Source: Asterionella formosa (taxonomy: Eukaryota). From it: a stretch of 34,279 nt of DNA. The stretch covers positions 1 through 34,279 of the forward strand of contig NKIB01000255.1 in NCBI GenBank assembly GCA_002256025.1, given 5' to 3'. The position numbers were made by a program, and so were the translations under genes. The notes under the pieces are model-generated. The model worked only from the letters and a program-made list of their open reading frames with translations. It did not search any database and was not told the DNA's origin. This document shows, piece after piece, positions 22,298 to 32,864 of this stretch. Numbering within the stretch: position 1 is the first letter of the stretch; every line of letters begins with the position of its first letter.

Positions 22298-22631
22298 GAC
22301 TGTGGTTTCTCATTGTCGTCATGATTGCCACCAAGGAGAAGCACGGGGTAACCCAGTAAAAACTGTGTCAGAATGTGTCTGTTAGGCTGTTGATGTCGAC
22401 AGGTGTCCGATGACTAGATGTAGTCTGAGGGATGTCTAAACGGAAATAGAGATTAGCTATTTATCTAGAAGAATGTGCAAACCAACTGGATCAGTAATCA
22501 TATATTTTAACAAAAGAATTATTGTTTTGAAAATGTCAATGGACTATAAATTGATACTGTTATCCATATGCATAACTATGTAGAGAATCAAAAAATTGGT
22601 TCGACCTATGCAGATTGCCACAGTGTTGAAG

Positions 22632-23889
22632 AAATGTGCTATTGGCAACTTCAATTTTCGTTGTCAACATTAGTGCTATTACAGTAATTTGTATGATTGT
22701 ATTATCTGTGTCATGTTGAATATATGCACCTGATAGCAAAGCATCATTCTCGTTTTTCGTGGAGAAATTCGCTATTTTCGTCAGAGGAGTACTACTAGCA
22801 ATATCCTAAATTACTTAAGGATTTTTATTTCCATTGAAACCTGGCCTATCTCATCTGGCAGAGATGAGATGAATCATGGGGAAAGAGTTAAAACTGGGAA
22901 GGTGTGCATAAAATGTGTGATACTGGACCTTCCTGGTACTGGCCAGATGGTGTGGTATTCCACATGCTGTTGTTACCGGGGTACTACCTGTTATTTGGTA
23001 TGCCAGCAAGTTGCAGTAATTTTGCTTTTTCGTGTACACATTCCCAAAACCAACAAATATTTCCAGACTTGGCAGCTGTTTGGAAATAAAAGTATGAAAC
23101 TTCTAGCAGCTTGCTACGGCATTCGCAGGCCGTATAAAGACGACTGGACCAAATTAGATAAATTCAGATGATAAGGGGCAAAACAAGTTCTGACAAATTG
23201 TAATTTTGGGTTAGATTATTTAGGGACTATGTTGGTTTAAGCAAATTGAATCTACTTTAAGCAAAAAAATCTTAAATGAAACAAAGCTGCCTACATCATT
23301 ATGGAAGGAAATTGAGTTACTACCACCGGTACTAATCTGAGTACCGGGACACTTCTGTCGGCACATGCATCATGGCTTGCCAAGCAAGTAGCAGTATCAA
23401 CCCGGTTTCATATGTGTGTAGCGGTACATAGGAATGGATTGCTGCACATCACTATGACTACAGGGCATTACCAGCAGTTTTGATTACATCATATACCGGA
23501 GCAAATACTTCACATTTGCTGGCTTCTACAAGGACTACATACAAATTTCCCATTCGCAATCAATCAATTCTCAGTAGATAATATCCTTATTTCACATCTT
23601 TTGCTTCAATTATTCATGTTAATTCTGTAGTCGTTGTCTCGTTTGTTGTGTAGCTAGCTACTGTAAAAGTGTCGTATCTGGCTGCTCCTCGTAGCATCGT
23701 TGTTTAAAGATTGCGCATCTCTAAATTAGATGAAAAAATGTGCCTGTGGCGACTTCAATTTTCGTTGTCAATGTTATTGCTATTAGAATTACTCTTTTAT
23801 GATTGTACTAACTTTGTCATGTTTGATTTATGTATCAAAAAAGAAAGTATTGCTCTTATTTTTCGTCGAGATATTTGCTATTTTCATCA
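22632..23889 (+). repeat. Diverged ~150-bp direct repeat pair (22632-22782 and 23737-23889)
   Basis: Both copies read AAATGTGC...TGGCRACTTCAATTTTCGTTGTCAA...TGCTATTA...TATGATTGTA...TGTCATGTT...TTTTTCGT.GAGA.ATT.GCTATTTTC.TCA. Confidence 0.75.
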
Positions 23890-24327
23890 TGGTCAACGCT
23901 GCAACGATATGACGATGAAGGATTCTCCCAGCCGCTTAGTACAACTACACAACTACCGGTGCGTATTCAGTATCATAGTTAAAGCTTCATTATGACTAAA
24001 TAGGTCATAGGTGACTGTGATGGCAGCAGCATTGAAATGATAACGTCGTCACAATAAGCAAAATTGCTACTTAAAGCAAACGCACTTTAAGCAAAACGAT
24101 CCTATACATTACTTAAGTAAACAAACGAGAAGCAAAACAGATTGGTCTCAATATTTAGGCTAAATCAGATTAAAGCTAAATAGATATAGGAACAACAAGC
24201 CGGTCGGGTTAGTTTATTTAATGGATGTCAAGAAGAGACTCATGTATTATTTTGGAATTGGAATCAATATCGCCAGTACAAAGTTGTACATGGAGCTAGA
24301 TAAAACAAAATTACCGCAACTTGCAGG
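23003..24327. mobile_element. Non-autonomous TIR element of the CCAGCAAGTTGCGGT family
   Basis: Left end CCAGCAAGTTGCAGTAATTTTG and right end CAAAATTACCGCAACTTGCAGG|TA (20/22 match). No coding capacity seen. The left flank is TG rather than TA. Confidence 0.6.
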
Positions 24328-24899
24328 TATTACCGGTTGTTAATGATGTGCATTGCTGACGAGCTGTATTGTTGTCGTGCAGAAAGTACTTTCTGTACCA
24401 TAACTCATCGTTTGCTGTTTTTGGCTGTTTCTGTAGTGCCTGTAAAGCCCCTGGTTCTATCATAAATACCTTACCTTAGAGCATCGCCACCGCATCGACC
24501 AAATACCAAGCCAATTGAAGTTGCGGGTCATTACACGTCATGATGCGTTGTGTTGATCGAAAAAGCGAAAATATTTTAGCCACTGCATCGACCAAGACCA
24601 AATATGCTTTGGTCTTGGTCAAGGATGACCCCCTTATTGACGAATATCAGGTGTTTGGTCGATTAGATTCCGATAGGGGGTAGTAGAATAAAAGAAGGAT
24701 TTCTAGTATTGTTTTAGATTGTGACTCGCGCCGGCAACCTAACGTTTATATTAGTTTAATGAGTGCATAGTATATAATTACAGTACATTCACTATAGTCT
24801 CTTCATGTAGCACTCTACAGGCCAACAATGTGATCTTGGTGTGGTGTATAGTGCATCATATTGAGTCAACATCATAAAACAACAATCATCATTGTCAGG

Positions 24900-25697
24900 A
24901 TGGGTTCCGGTGTCATGTGGGAGAAGGAAGAGGACAAAGCACTCTCTCGGGCCTGGGTAGCTGCAAGTAAAGACGCAATCACTGGGACTGGTCAGAAAGC
25001 AAGCAAGTTTTAGAGCAGGGTATTTGAGATTTATGTTGAGCTTATCCCAGATGGGAAGGATCGCACCTCAACAGCGTGCACTGCTCGATGGGGAACAATC
25101 AATCAAGAGGCGACAAAGTTTTGCGGCCTCTATTCACAGGTTTCGTCCATTGCTAAGTCAGGATGGAAAGACGACAACTACCTTGAAGAATCCAGGGAAC
25201 TATTTAAATTAGAGGGAAAAGGAAGGAAACTGGGTAGAGAATTCTTGTTCGAAGGATGTTGGCGAATTTTGAAGGATGCCCCAAAGTGGAAGGGTGGGTG
25301 TGGATATTTCCGAGATCAGCAGCAAATCGCAAAGAAGAGTCCTGAGTTACTAGATGTGCGTCCTATGGGGACGGAAGCAGCAAAAGATAGAAAGCTACTC
25401 GCAAATGCTCAGCTTGTCATTGAACAAAAACAAGTGTAGATGTTGGAAAGAAAGGTGAAAGATACAACATGATGAATTTTTGTTCAAGATTTTCAGAGGA
25501 AGCCAAAAGGTGGTTTGCTTGCTGTGAAGGTTCAAGAAGCTATGGAGGACAGTTCAAAACCATCACGCAAAAAGCCAAGACCAATTCTTTGCTTCTTGGA
25601 GTCAGGCAGTTCAGTTGAAATCGATATTTCAACTTCTCATTCATCATCTACTGATGATGCGGTTTCGATTCTAGAGACTGGACCACAAGAGTATTAA
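24900..25697 (+). pseudogene. Harbinger Myb/SANT-like DNA-binding protein, disrupted
   Basis: Reads MGSGVMWEKEEDKALSRAWVAASKDAITGTGQKASKF*SRV...ARWGTINQEATKFCG...SGW...FLFEGCWRILKDAPKW. There is an in-frame TAG at 25011 (expected Trp) and further stops from 25437. Confidence 0.85.
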
Positions 25698-25804
25698 ACT
25701 AGTTTGATTCTAATGACAATACATTACACTATTCATTTCATTATTGCCAATCTAGAACTTATTTACCGACTTAAAATAATAATCTAGAATCAAGTTATTA
25801 TCTA

Positions 25805-27065
25805 CTATTTGTTCTCATGTTGAATCCACAAGTGCTCAATCATATTGTTACGCAATTGAAAGTGCTCACCTTCACTCATGTTGTTCATTCTAATATTCTT
25901 GAAATCAAGAAATGTAAGGGAATTGTTGTGATTGAAGTTGTCAACCAAAAAATCCTGAATATTGTCAAATAGATCATAGTCATTTGTTTTTTCAGTCTCC
26001 CACTCATCCTCTTTGATCATGTTGTGCAAAATGATGCATGCAACAATTTCGCTGATCATAGCACCCACTGACCAAAGTGGAAGTGCAAGGATCCTCTACC
26101 TGGCCTGTAGAACTCCAAATGCTTGCTCGACGTCCTTGTGCTGGGTCTCCTGAGGACGCATCGAGAAATAACTCCGCTTTGGACCTTGTGGCTCTGAAAT
26201 TTTTTTGACAAAATTTATGCCGATTTCTTGAGTAGATTACGTCAACCAAATAATACCCCAGATTTTGTTGTTGGCTGTTGAAGGCAAAGTGTACTTTTGG
26301 AGTCCTTCCAGCTGACAAATCATGGAAAAACGGAGAACGATCCAAAATATTAAGATCATTGTTTGTTGCCCCATGCATTCCAAACCATACATGCCAGAAC
26401 CAAAGTCTGCAATCAACCGCAGCTTCCAAAACACAAAACAATAGTCCGCCACTCATTCTTTTCCTTGATATGCTCCTCTGTGTGCATTGGGACAGTCTTT
26501 CCATGACATCCAATGAACCAAGAAGCCCCAACCAACCCTTTCCTTCATGCAAATGTAGAATCATCTCAAGGTCCTCTTTCGTCGGAGCTCTAAGATTCTT
26601 TTTACCATACCTGTTGATTATTGCGTTACAGAAGTGTTCTTGACTCTGACATCGCTCCTTGTTAAATCGTCCAACTGATCAGCTGAGCCGATGTTCCATA
26701 GGCTAACATGCAGAGTGCTGAGGTACGTTTTTGGTGTGGCGAAAATCCCATTAAACCCAGTCCAAGGCATCCTTCTTCTGAGAAAAGTAAGAATCCACAT
26801 CAACCAAATCATCAAGAATCTTCTCAAACAATGACCGTCTCATCCGGAAGCGCCTCCTGAACATTGCTTGCTGACAAGTAAATCGGATTTTCACCAAAAT
26901 AATCCTTTTTCAAAAGCTTGACATAGTCTGTCCGAAAACAATTGTGATTGGAGGCCTTTCCCGCGACCTTTGATCCTCCTCCCTTGTTTCTTTCTTGCTT
27001 TGCTTCCGCATATTGCAGAAGTGGAAGAATTGATTGTCATCTGACAAGTCACTGTCATTGCTCAT
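25805..27065 (-). pseudogene. Harbinger DDE transposase (HARBI1/DDE_Tnp_4-like), multiply frameshifted
   Basis: Motifs across frames: FRRRFRMRR, GWLGLLGSLD, LEAAVDCRLWFWHVWFG...NNDLNILDRSP, GYYLVDVIY, KDVEQAFGVLQAR and ACIILHNMI. Confidence 0.92.
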
Positions 27066-27974
27066 TTTCGCTGTGTATAAATAAAATCCATATTTATTGG
27101 TAATAAAGAAGCCACAATTCTCTACGAACAATATTCAAGTACTTAGTCATGGTTTTTTGATGGGCAGTACCAGATAAGCGTATTGCTAGCTGTGTCAGAA
27201 TAAGGTATGTATGCGGCTACTTCATGAATTAAAACCGATACACACGTAACTACAGTCTACCTTAATTTCTCTAGGCTAAAAATTTATGCGCGAGATTTGA
27301 CTAATACTGTATATTAGGATCTGGTCGATGCGGTGGTGGGGGAAAAAGATTGAAAATTTCGACTACCGGTAAATGTACTGATAAAAAATTCTCGACCAAG
27401 TGACGTGTATTGATATTTTCAACTGCAATACTGGGTACCGGTAATATGCTTTGGCATTCGGTCGATGCGGTGGCGATGCTCTTGGGAGTACTTTCCAATT
27501 GCATTCAACGCCTTTTTTTCTTCGGTACACCCCTGGTACCAGGTACCTTGTACTTCTAGTATATCGTACTGTATGTCATATGTTCCACTTTTGCTAACGG
27601 AGACTTTAGCGTCCGGTACTTGGTACTGCCTACGATGCTCTGACTAGCAGGTACTTAACAACCTGGTACCGTACCTGGCACTATGGTTCCAGGGTTCCAA
27701 TTACTGGTACCTGGTACCTTGTACTAGTTACTGACGTACAAAGAAGATTCGTTGGTCATGACCATTAGCTACGGCAAGAACACAACGGAGTCTCCGACCA
27801 GAACAACGGGTGCTACCAGGCATCGGCTTATCTATATACAGCCCACGACCGTCAGCCGTACCTATTGTAGCGGCCATCCATACAGGTAGTTCGTTTAATC
27901 CTGGGGACCAGTTACCGGTTGGCGATTGCATCATCCATTTTTACGGACAAAACTAGGAGGAGAAGCGAAGCGAG

Positions 27975-28003
27975 AGGAAAGGAAAGGAAAGGAAAGGAAA
28001 GGG
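27975..28003 (+). repeat. (GGAAA)5 purine microsatellite just upstream of the kinase ATG
   Basis: GGAAAGGAAAGGAAAGGAAAGGAAAGGG. Confidence 0.85.
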
Positions 28004-28031
28004 AAAAAAGCAAAGCAAGCAACATCCGATC

Positions 28032-30002
28032 ATGAACAACGATCTCGAATCGACGACCCCGCCACAGCTTGTGGCAACGTCACGCCCAGAGGAATCTCAA
28101 AGGCTAGCTCCCAAAATCATGGCTATGGAAGATGACAGTGAACAGAATCTTCATATTCCGAATATTTTATCACATGCGGTGGTCACCTTTCAACAGGAGG
28201 ACGACATCATTCCTGGACCGAATCCCAGCATAGCACGATCCAACGTTGAGCACCTTGACATTTCCTTGACGGAACACAACATTAAGGGAGCGGGTATTCT
28301 TGCTAGCGCGACGGATTTAAGACTTTCCCAGGAGGAATTTGCGGCGGGTTGCAACCTGTTGCAAGCAGCTGCCAGGGGCGACTTGGTTGAAATGAAGAAT
28401 CTACTCACGAGCCGAACTCACATCAACTTTAGAGACTACGATCGCCGGACGGCTCTACATGTGGCGGCCAGTGAAGGCCACTTGAATGTGGTGGAATTTT
28501 TGGTGGAGCACGGGGCCAAGCTGCACCGCAGTGATCGATGGGGTGGAAGTCCACTTGATGATGCCCACCGCCATCAACAAACTGAGGTAGCCCAGTTCCT
28601 TCGTGCTCACAAAGCAACCACCGGTTCCTTGAACAAAGTGACCAATTTAATTACTGCCGCGGCTACTGGCGATTTGGAAGAAGTGCAATCGCTGGCAGAG
28701 ACTTTGACAAGCCCTGCAAAATTAAATGCAGGAGACTACGATAAGCGAACTGCTCTGCACTTGGCTGCTGGTGAAGGACACGTTAACATCGTGGAGTTCC
28801 TGTGCAAGTCTGGAGCAGATGCTAATGCAGAGGATCGATGGGGCGGGCGACCGCTCGACGACGCTCTCAACTCCAAGCAGCTGGCTTGCGTTGAAATTCT
28901 CCGAAAGTATGGAGCTCAGAGCGGTAGTTCTCACGATCCACCATCCGAGGTACGTTCTTCTGATGTCGATCCCTCCATGCTAACTGATTTTTCCGAAATC
29001 GAAATGATTGAGCGTATTGGAGCGGGAGCCTTTGGGGAAATTTACAAGTGCCGTTGGCGAGGAACATTAGTTGCTGCCAAGATAATCAAGACTGCAAAGA
29101 TTCGAAGGGAATGGTTGGCAAAGCATGCAGTCTCAATGATGAGCATGTATCCTTATTCTGATGATGCAGAAAGGTTGCTGGATGAAGTAGATGATATGAA
29201 AGAAGAAGGCTCAGATTTTAGAGATCAGGCTTTGGCTGATTTTCGGCAAGAAATATCTGTTCTAAGGGGCTTACGGCATCCCAACATCTGTTTGCTATTA
29301 GCGTACTCCACAACTGATGCAAAGGAAGTTATGATTTCAGAGCTCATGAAATGCTCTCTCTTGGATGTCTTTCAAGCACACATGGTACATGGCACAAAAA
29401 TGCCAGAAAGGACGAAGATTACCTATGCCCAACAACTGGCGCTAGGAATGAATTATTTACACAAGTGTAAACCACCAATCATTCACCGGGATTTAAAACC
29501 TGCTAATCTGTTGATTGACCATTCGGGTGTACTCAAGATTTCTGACTTTGGCCTGGCCAAGATTCGCCCAGATCCAACAAAAGAGGACAATGATAAGTAT
29601 CGCCTCACGGGAGAAACTGGTTCGTATCGATTTATGGCCCCCGAAGTCTTTCGACATGAACACTACAACGAGACGGTGGACGTGTACTCATATGGCATGA
29701 TTTTTTACTATCTCTTGTTGGGTAAGCCACCGTGGCCCAAATGCAGTGGGATGGATGCCGTCCGAAAGGCTGCTTTGGAAGCTGATCGGCCTCTTGTGCC
29801 CAGAGATTTGGATATCCGGCTTTCAAGTCTACTGCAGGACTGTTGGGACGAAAATAGTCGCAGTCGACCAACGTTCGCGGACATTTTGGAGGTTCTGGAG
29901 GCATACTCGGAGTTTAGGTTTCACCAGAAACGCAACACTATTGGTGCCACTGCCGAACTTCCGGTGATGACTGAGCAGCGCTGTGCGTGCATTGTCATGT
30001 GA
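28032..30002 (+). CDS. Ankyrin-repeat TKL/Raf-like protein kinase (plant ILK/VIK-like architecture) with C-terminal CaaX box, 656 aa
   Basis: Two ankyrin blocks (DYDxRTALHxAAxEGH...DRWGxxPLDDA), then kinase motifs GAGAFG, VAAK, HRDLKPAN, DFG, GSYRFMAPE and DVYSYG. The protein ends CACIVM*. Confidence 0.95.
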   Translation: MNNDLESTTPPQLVATSRPEESQRLAPKIMAMEDDSEQNLHIPNILSHAVVTFQQEDDIIPGPNPSIARSNVEHLDISLTEHNIKGAGILASATDLRLSQEEFAAGCNLLQAAARGDLVEMKNLLTSRTHINFRDYDRRTALHVAASEGHLNVVEFLVEHGAKLHRSDRWGGSPLDDAHRHQQTEVAQFLRAHKATTGSLNKVTNLITAAATGDLEEVQSLAETLTSPAKLNAGDYDKRTALHLAAGEGHVNIVEFLCKSGADANAEDRWGGRPLDDALNSKQLACVEILRKYGAQSGSSHDPPSEVRSSDVDPSMLTDFSEIEMIERIGAGAFGEIYKCRWRGTLVAAKIIKTAKIRREWLAKHAVSMMSMYPYSDDAERLLDEVDDMKEEGSDFRDQALADFRQEISVLRGLRHPNICLLLAYSTTDAKEVMISELMKCSLLDVFQAHMVHGTKMPERTKITYAQQLALGMNYLHKCKPPIIHRDLKPANLLIDHSGVLKISDFGLAKIRPDPTKEDNDKYRLTGETGSYRFMAPEVFRHEHYNETVDVYSYGMIFYYLLLGKPPWPKCSGMDAVRKAALEADRPLVPRDLDIRLSSLLQDCWDENSRSRPTFADILEVLEAYSEFRFHQKRNTIGATAELPVMTEQRCACIVM

Positions 30003-30299
30003 AGTTTGAATTTGAAATAACTGCAATTCATAGAGGTTTCGGCCACAAAACATTAACATATTATATACATTACGATTGCACCTTTGGCTTCATGTCAGTG
30101 CTGAGACAACATGGAAGTGCATGGTCTATCTACAAATAAACAGTTCATCTCAATTGAAATTCAATCAATCTTTAAACTATAGTCATAATGTTCATTTGAA
30201 CAAAACGTTACAAGAAGAGTAATTTCCATAGTTTTTCACTTAGCATACCAGGTACCGGTGGTTACAATTTGGACACCATAACATGGGTTCCACCATAAC

Positions 30300-30830
30300 A
30301 TCCGCTCGCTATGTTGGCAAAGCAAAAACATACATGATCCCAATGATTATCACGGCCAATTTAGAGCTGAAATTGACACCAGGGCAGATATTGTGGGCGC
30401 TGGACAAGGGTTCAAGCTAATATCATACACTGATCAGGTGGTTGATGTTGATGGTTTTCACCATGCCCTCAGATCACTCCATGGCATCCCAATTGCTACA
30501 GTGGCCACAGCCTATGATACAGCTGATGTTTGCGCTTTCATTTTAGTCTTCAATGAAGCTTTATACTTTGGCCAAGCAATGGAAACTTCCCATATTTCCC
30601 CACAACAGTTCTGTGACAATGGAACCAGCCAGTGACCCATTACCAAAACATATTCACCCCATTCTCTACACGGAATTTATGATGAGACAACTGACACTAC
30701 CATTCCATTCTCCCTTCATGGCTGCATCTCAATGTATTTCCCTATCTGCTTTCCCACGGAATTGGAACTCAACTCTTGCCATTGACTTGAACTTGCCAGC
30801 ACTGAGGCTGAATGGCAATCTTACAAGAAA
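30300..30830 (+). mobile_element. Degenerate Ty1/copia (diatom CoDi-like) pol fragment, protease region
   Basis: RAEIDTRADIVGAGQGFKLISYTDQVVDVDGF...IPIATVATAYD...ILVFNEALYFG..METSHISPQQ, then after a frameshift SLHGIYDE...IPFSLHGCISMYFP...PTELEL...EW. This resembles the LDSHADT-type protease and downstream block of diatom copia elements (recognised from memory). Confidence 0.75.
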
Positions 30831-32145
30831 GAATACAATTTTTGCACAAAAGTGTTGGGAAATGCACAAACTGTCAGCCAGAGGAATTAGTGTTTAAATT
30901 TTGATGTCGAAATATTTAGTTGCTGCAACAAGGATACAATGTCTATATGTAACTTTGAAATGACCCAATCAAGATTCCATAGGATCATGCTACATGACAT
31001 GAAGTACCACCACCTGGTACATACATGAAAGTCAGTACAAAAAAGTGGTTGAGGTATTTCTTGCATTTTGAGCTGTTGTGCTCTTTCCAAGATTTCTATT
31101 GCTCAAGTTTTCTCATCTATTTGTACTCTAGATAGAAATAATTATCTAATTGAAGTTATCATGCTAGTTACTGCGGACTCAACGATGTCTTGTTTTAGTT
31201 TGTTGCCTCAATTCTAATTGCGTGAAGGACAAGCAGTGTAAACATATATGCATCACATTTCAGTCGTCATGCTGTCCCCATTATGCCAACACATAATACC
31301 GGTATACTGATACACAACGTGGTTGTTTGTCCCATATCTTACTATGTCCTACTTATGTAGCTAGTACCAGTAACTGGTTGGGAGTACCTGGTAACAGTAA
31401 ATATCTTGTCAATGTCACAACCAGAGACTGAGCAGGGCTTTTGTTCAAAAGTAAGTTACATACCAGTATGTTATGCTGGTATGTACAAAGCCTGTTAAGA
31501 TATATGTAAGAAATTTGAATGAGTAGGAGAATAGCGATATCTACTGGGCATTTATACAACAACAAAAATATAAATATTCAGGTCATAAGAAGTATTTTTA
31601 TTTGTAATTCGTAAAATTGACTGATGATGGGTTTGGGAAGCAGACAAAAGCAATCAAACAAAGTTTTCCAATGATACCACTCAAATTTATTATTGCTCAA
31701 ATTTCGGCGCATGAGCACAGTTGAGGCACCATTAGAACCACAGCAACCTGTGTTTTCAACGCGAATTGTAACAATTACATTGGCTCTACTCTGTAAAAAG
31801 TTATATAGCTAGAACCAATTTTAGTCATACATGCTGGTGTGCTTGCTATTGCCGCTATGTATGAATCTATGTATGTACATTGTATATATTGTTAGCTTGT
31901 TTGTGTAATATATACTTCCTGTTTAAATTGAGTCACTGTGGCCATTAACAATTAATCTGCTCTCATGAAATCTAAACAGAAATAGACATTACAAACTTAC
32001 ATAGAAAATTGATATAAATATTGATTGATTTGCTAGATATTTAGTCAGAAAAAGCAATCATGCATTCCCTGGATTAACTCATTGTGCATTTTCTATCACT
32101 TGTTTCGAACAACAGGAACGCCCCTTCCATGCCATTGCCTCAGCG

Positions 32146-32358
32146 ATGATTCACCCCAGTTACAGCATCTTGCACAAATTGTACCAGCTTCCTCCTGAAA
32201 CTAACCCTTGCTTCATTTCCCACACACCCAGCATGGATCGCCAATCCACCACTGACTCTGTCACCCTGGCCCGTCGATGGGGGACTTGTCTGGAGGTAGC
32301 ATCTAAAACGCGCGCTTCATGCTCAACTCAAAGCGGTTACCGATTTACCGAAAATTAG
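32146..32358 (+). mobile_element. Second copia pol fragment (region preceding integrase)
   Basis: SVTLARRWGTCLEVASKT...STQSGYR resembles the LARRWGIGLETAKxT..TTQxGxR block of diatom copia polyproteins. It is collinear with, and on the same strand as, the 30300-30830 fragment. Confidence 0.6.
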
Positions 32359-32364
32359 GAACAA

Positions 32365-32864
32365 CACATGATCCGGAATCGCCTCCTGAAATGTGCAGGA
32401 GAGTAGGTCAGGTTTTCTCCTAAGTAGTCGTCCTTCAACAGGTTGTCGTACTCTGCGCAAAAATGATTCATGTTAGTGGCCTTGCTTGCAAACCTTGGAA
32501 CCTCCTCCCCTACTTTTTCTTTTGCTTCATTGCATATTTCTCACTTCTTTGTTGACAATGCATCTTGCAGAAATGGTAGAGTCAATCATCATCTGATGAG
32601 TTGTTATTGTTCCTAGCTATCTACCGGTACATAGTGCCCATCGCTATATCAACAATACACATTTTAAGACATTTTAGCTCTATTTCTATTTGCTAAACAT
32701 TCGGGCGCCAGATTCAGGCAGCTACTTTAGGTTTTGGTCAATGCAGTGGGAAAAGATATGAAAATTTCAACTATTGAATAAAAAAATTCTCAACCCAAGT
32801 GATGTGTTTTGATATTTTCAACTGCAATTGGTTTTGGTATTTGGTCGATGCGGTGGAGATGCTC
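32365..32864 (-). mobile_element. Truncated second PIF/Harbinger copy (TIR plus 5' end of transposase)
   Basis: TIR TTGGTATTTGGTCGATGCGGTGGAGATGCTC|TTA at 32834-32864. The subterminal DNA is homologous to 27320-27430. The minus strand encodes AEYDNLLKDDYLGENLTYSPAHFRRRFRI, homologous to the N-terminus of the first transposase. Confidence 0.85.

Larger units (their letters stand above)
24479..27481. mobile_element. PIF/Harbinger DNA transposon, full-length but inactivated
   Basis: 31-bp TIRs GAGCATCGCCACCGCATCGACCAAATACCAA (24479-24509) and 27451-27481 (2 mismatches), with flanks TTA and TTG. It contains convergent Myb-like and DDE transposase pseudogenes and subterminal GCATCGACCA repeats. 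Confidence 0.92.
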
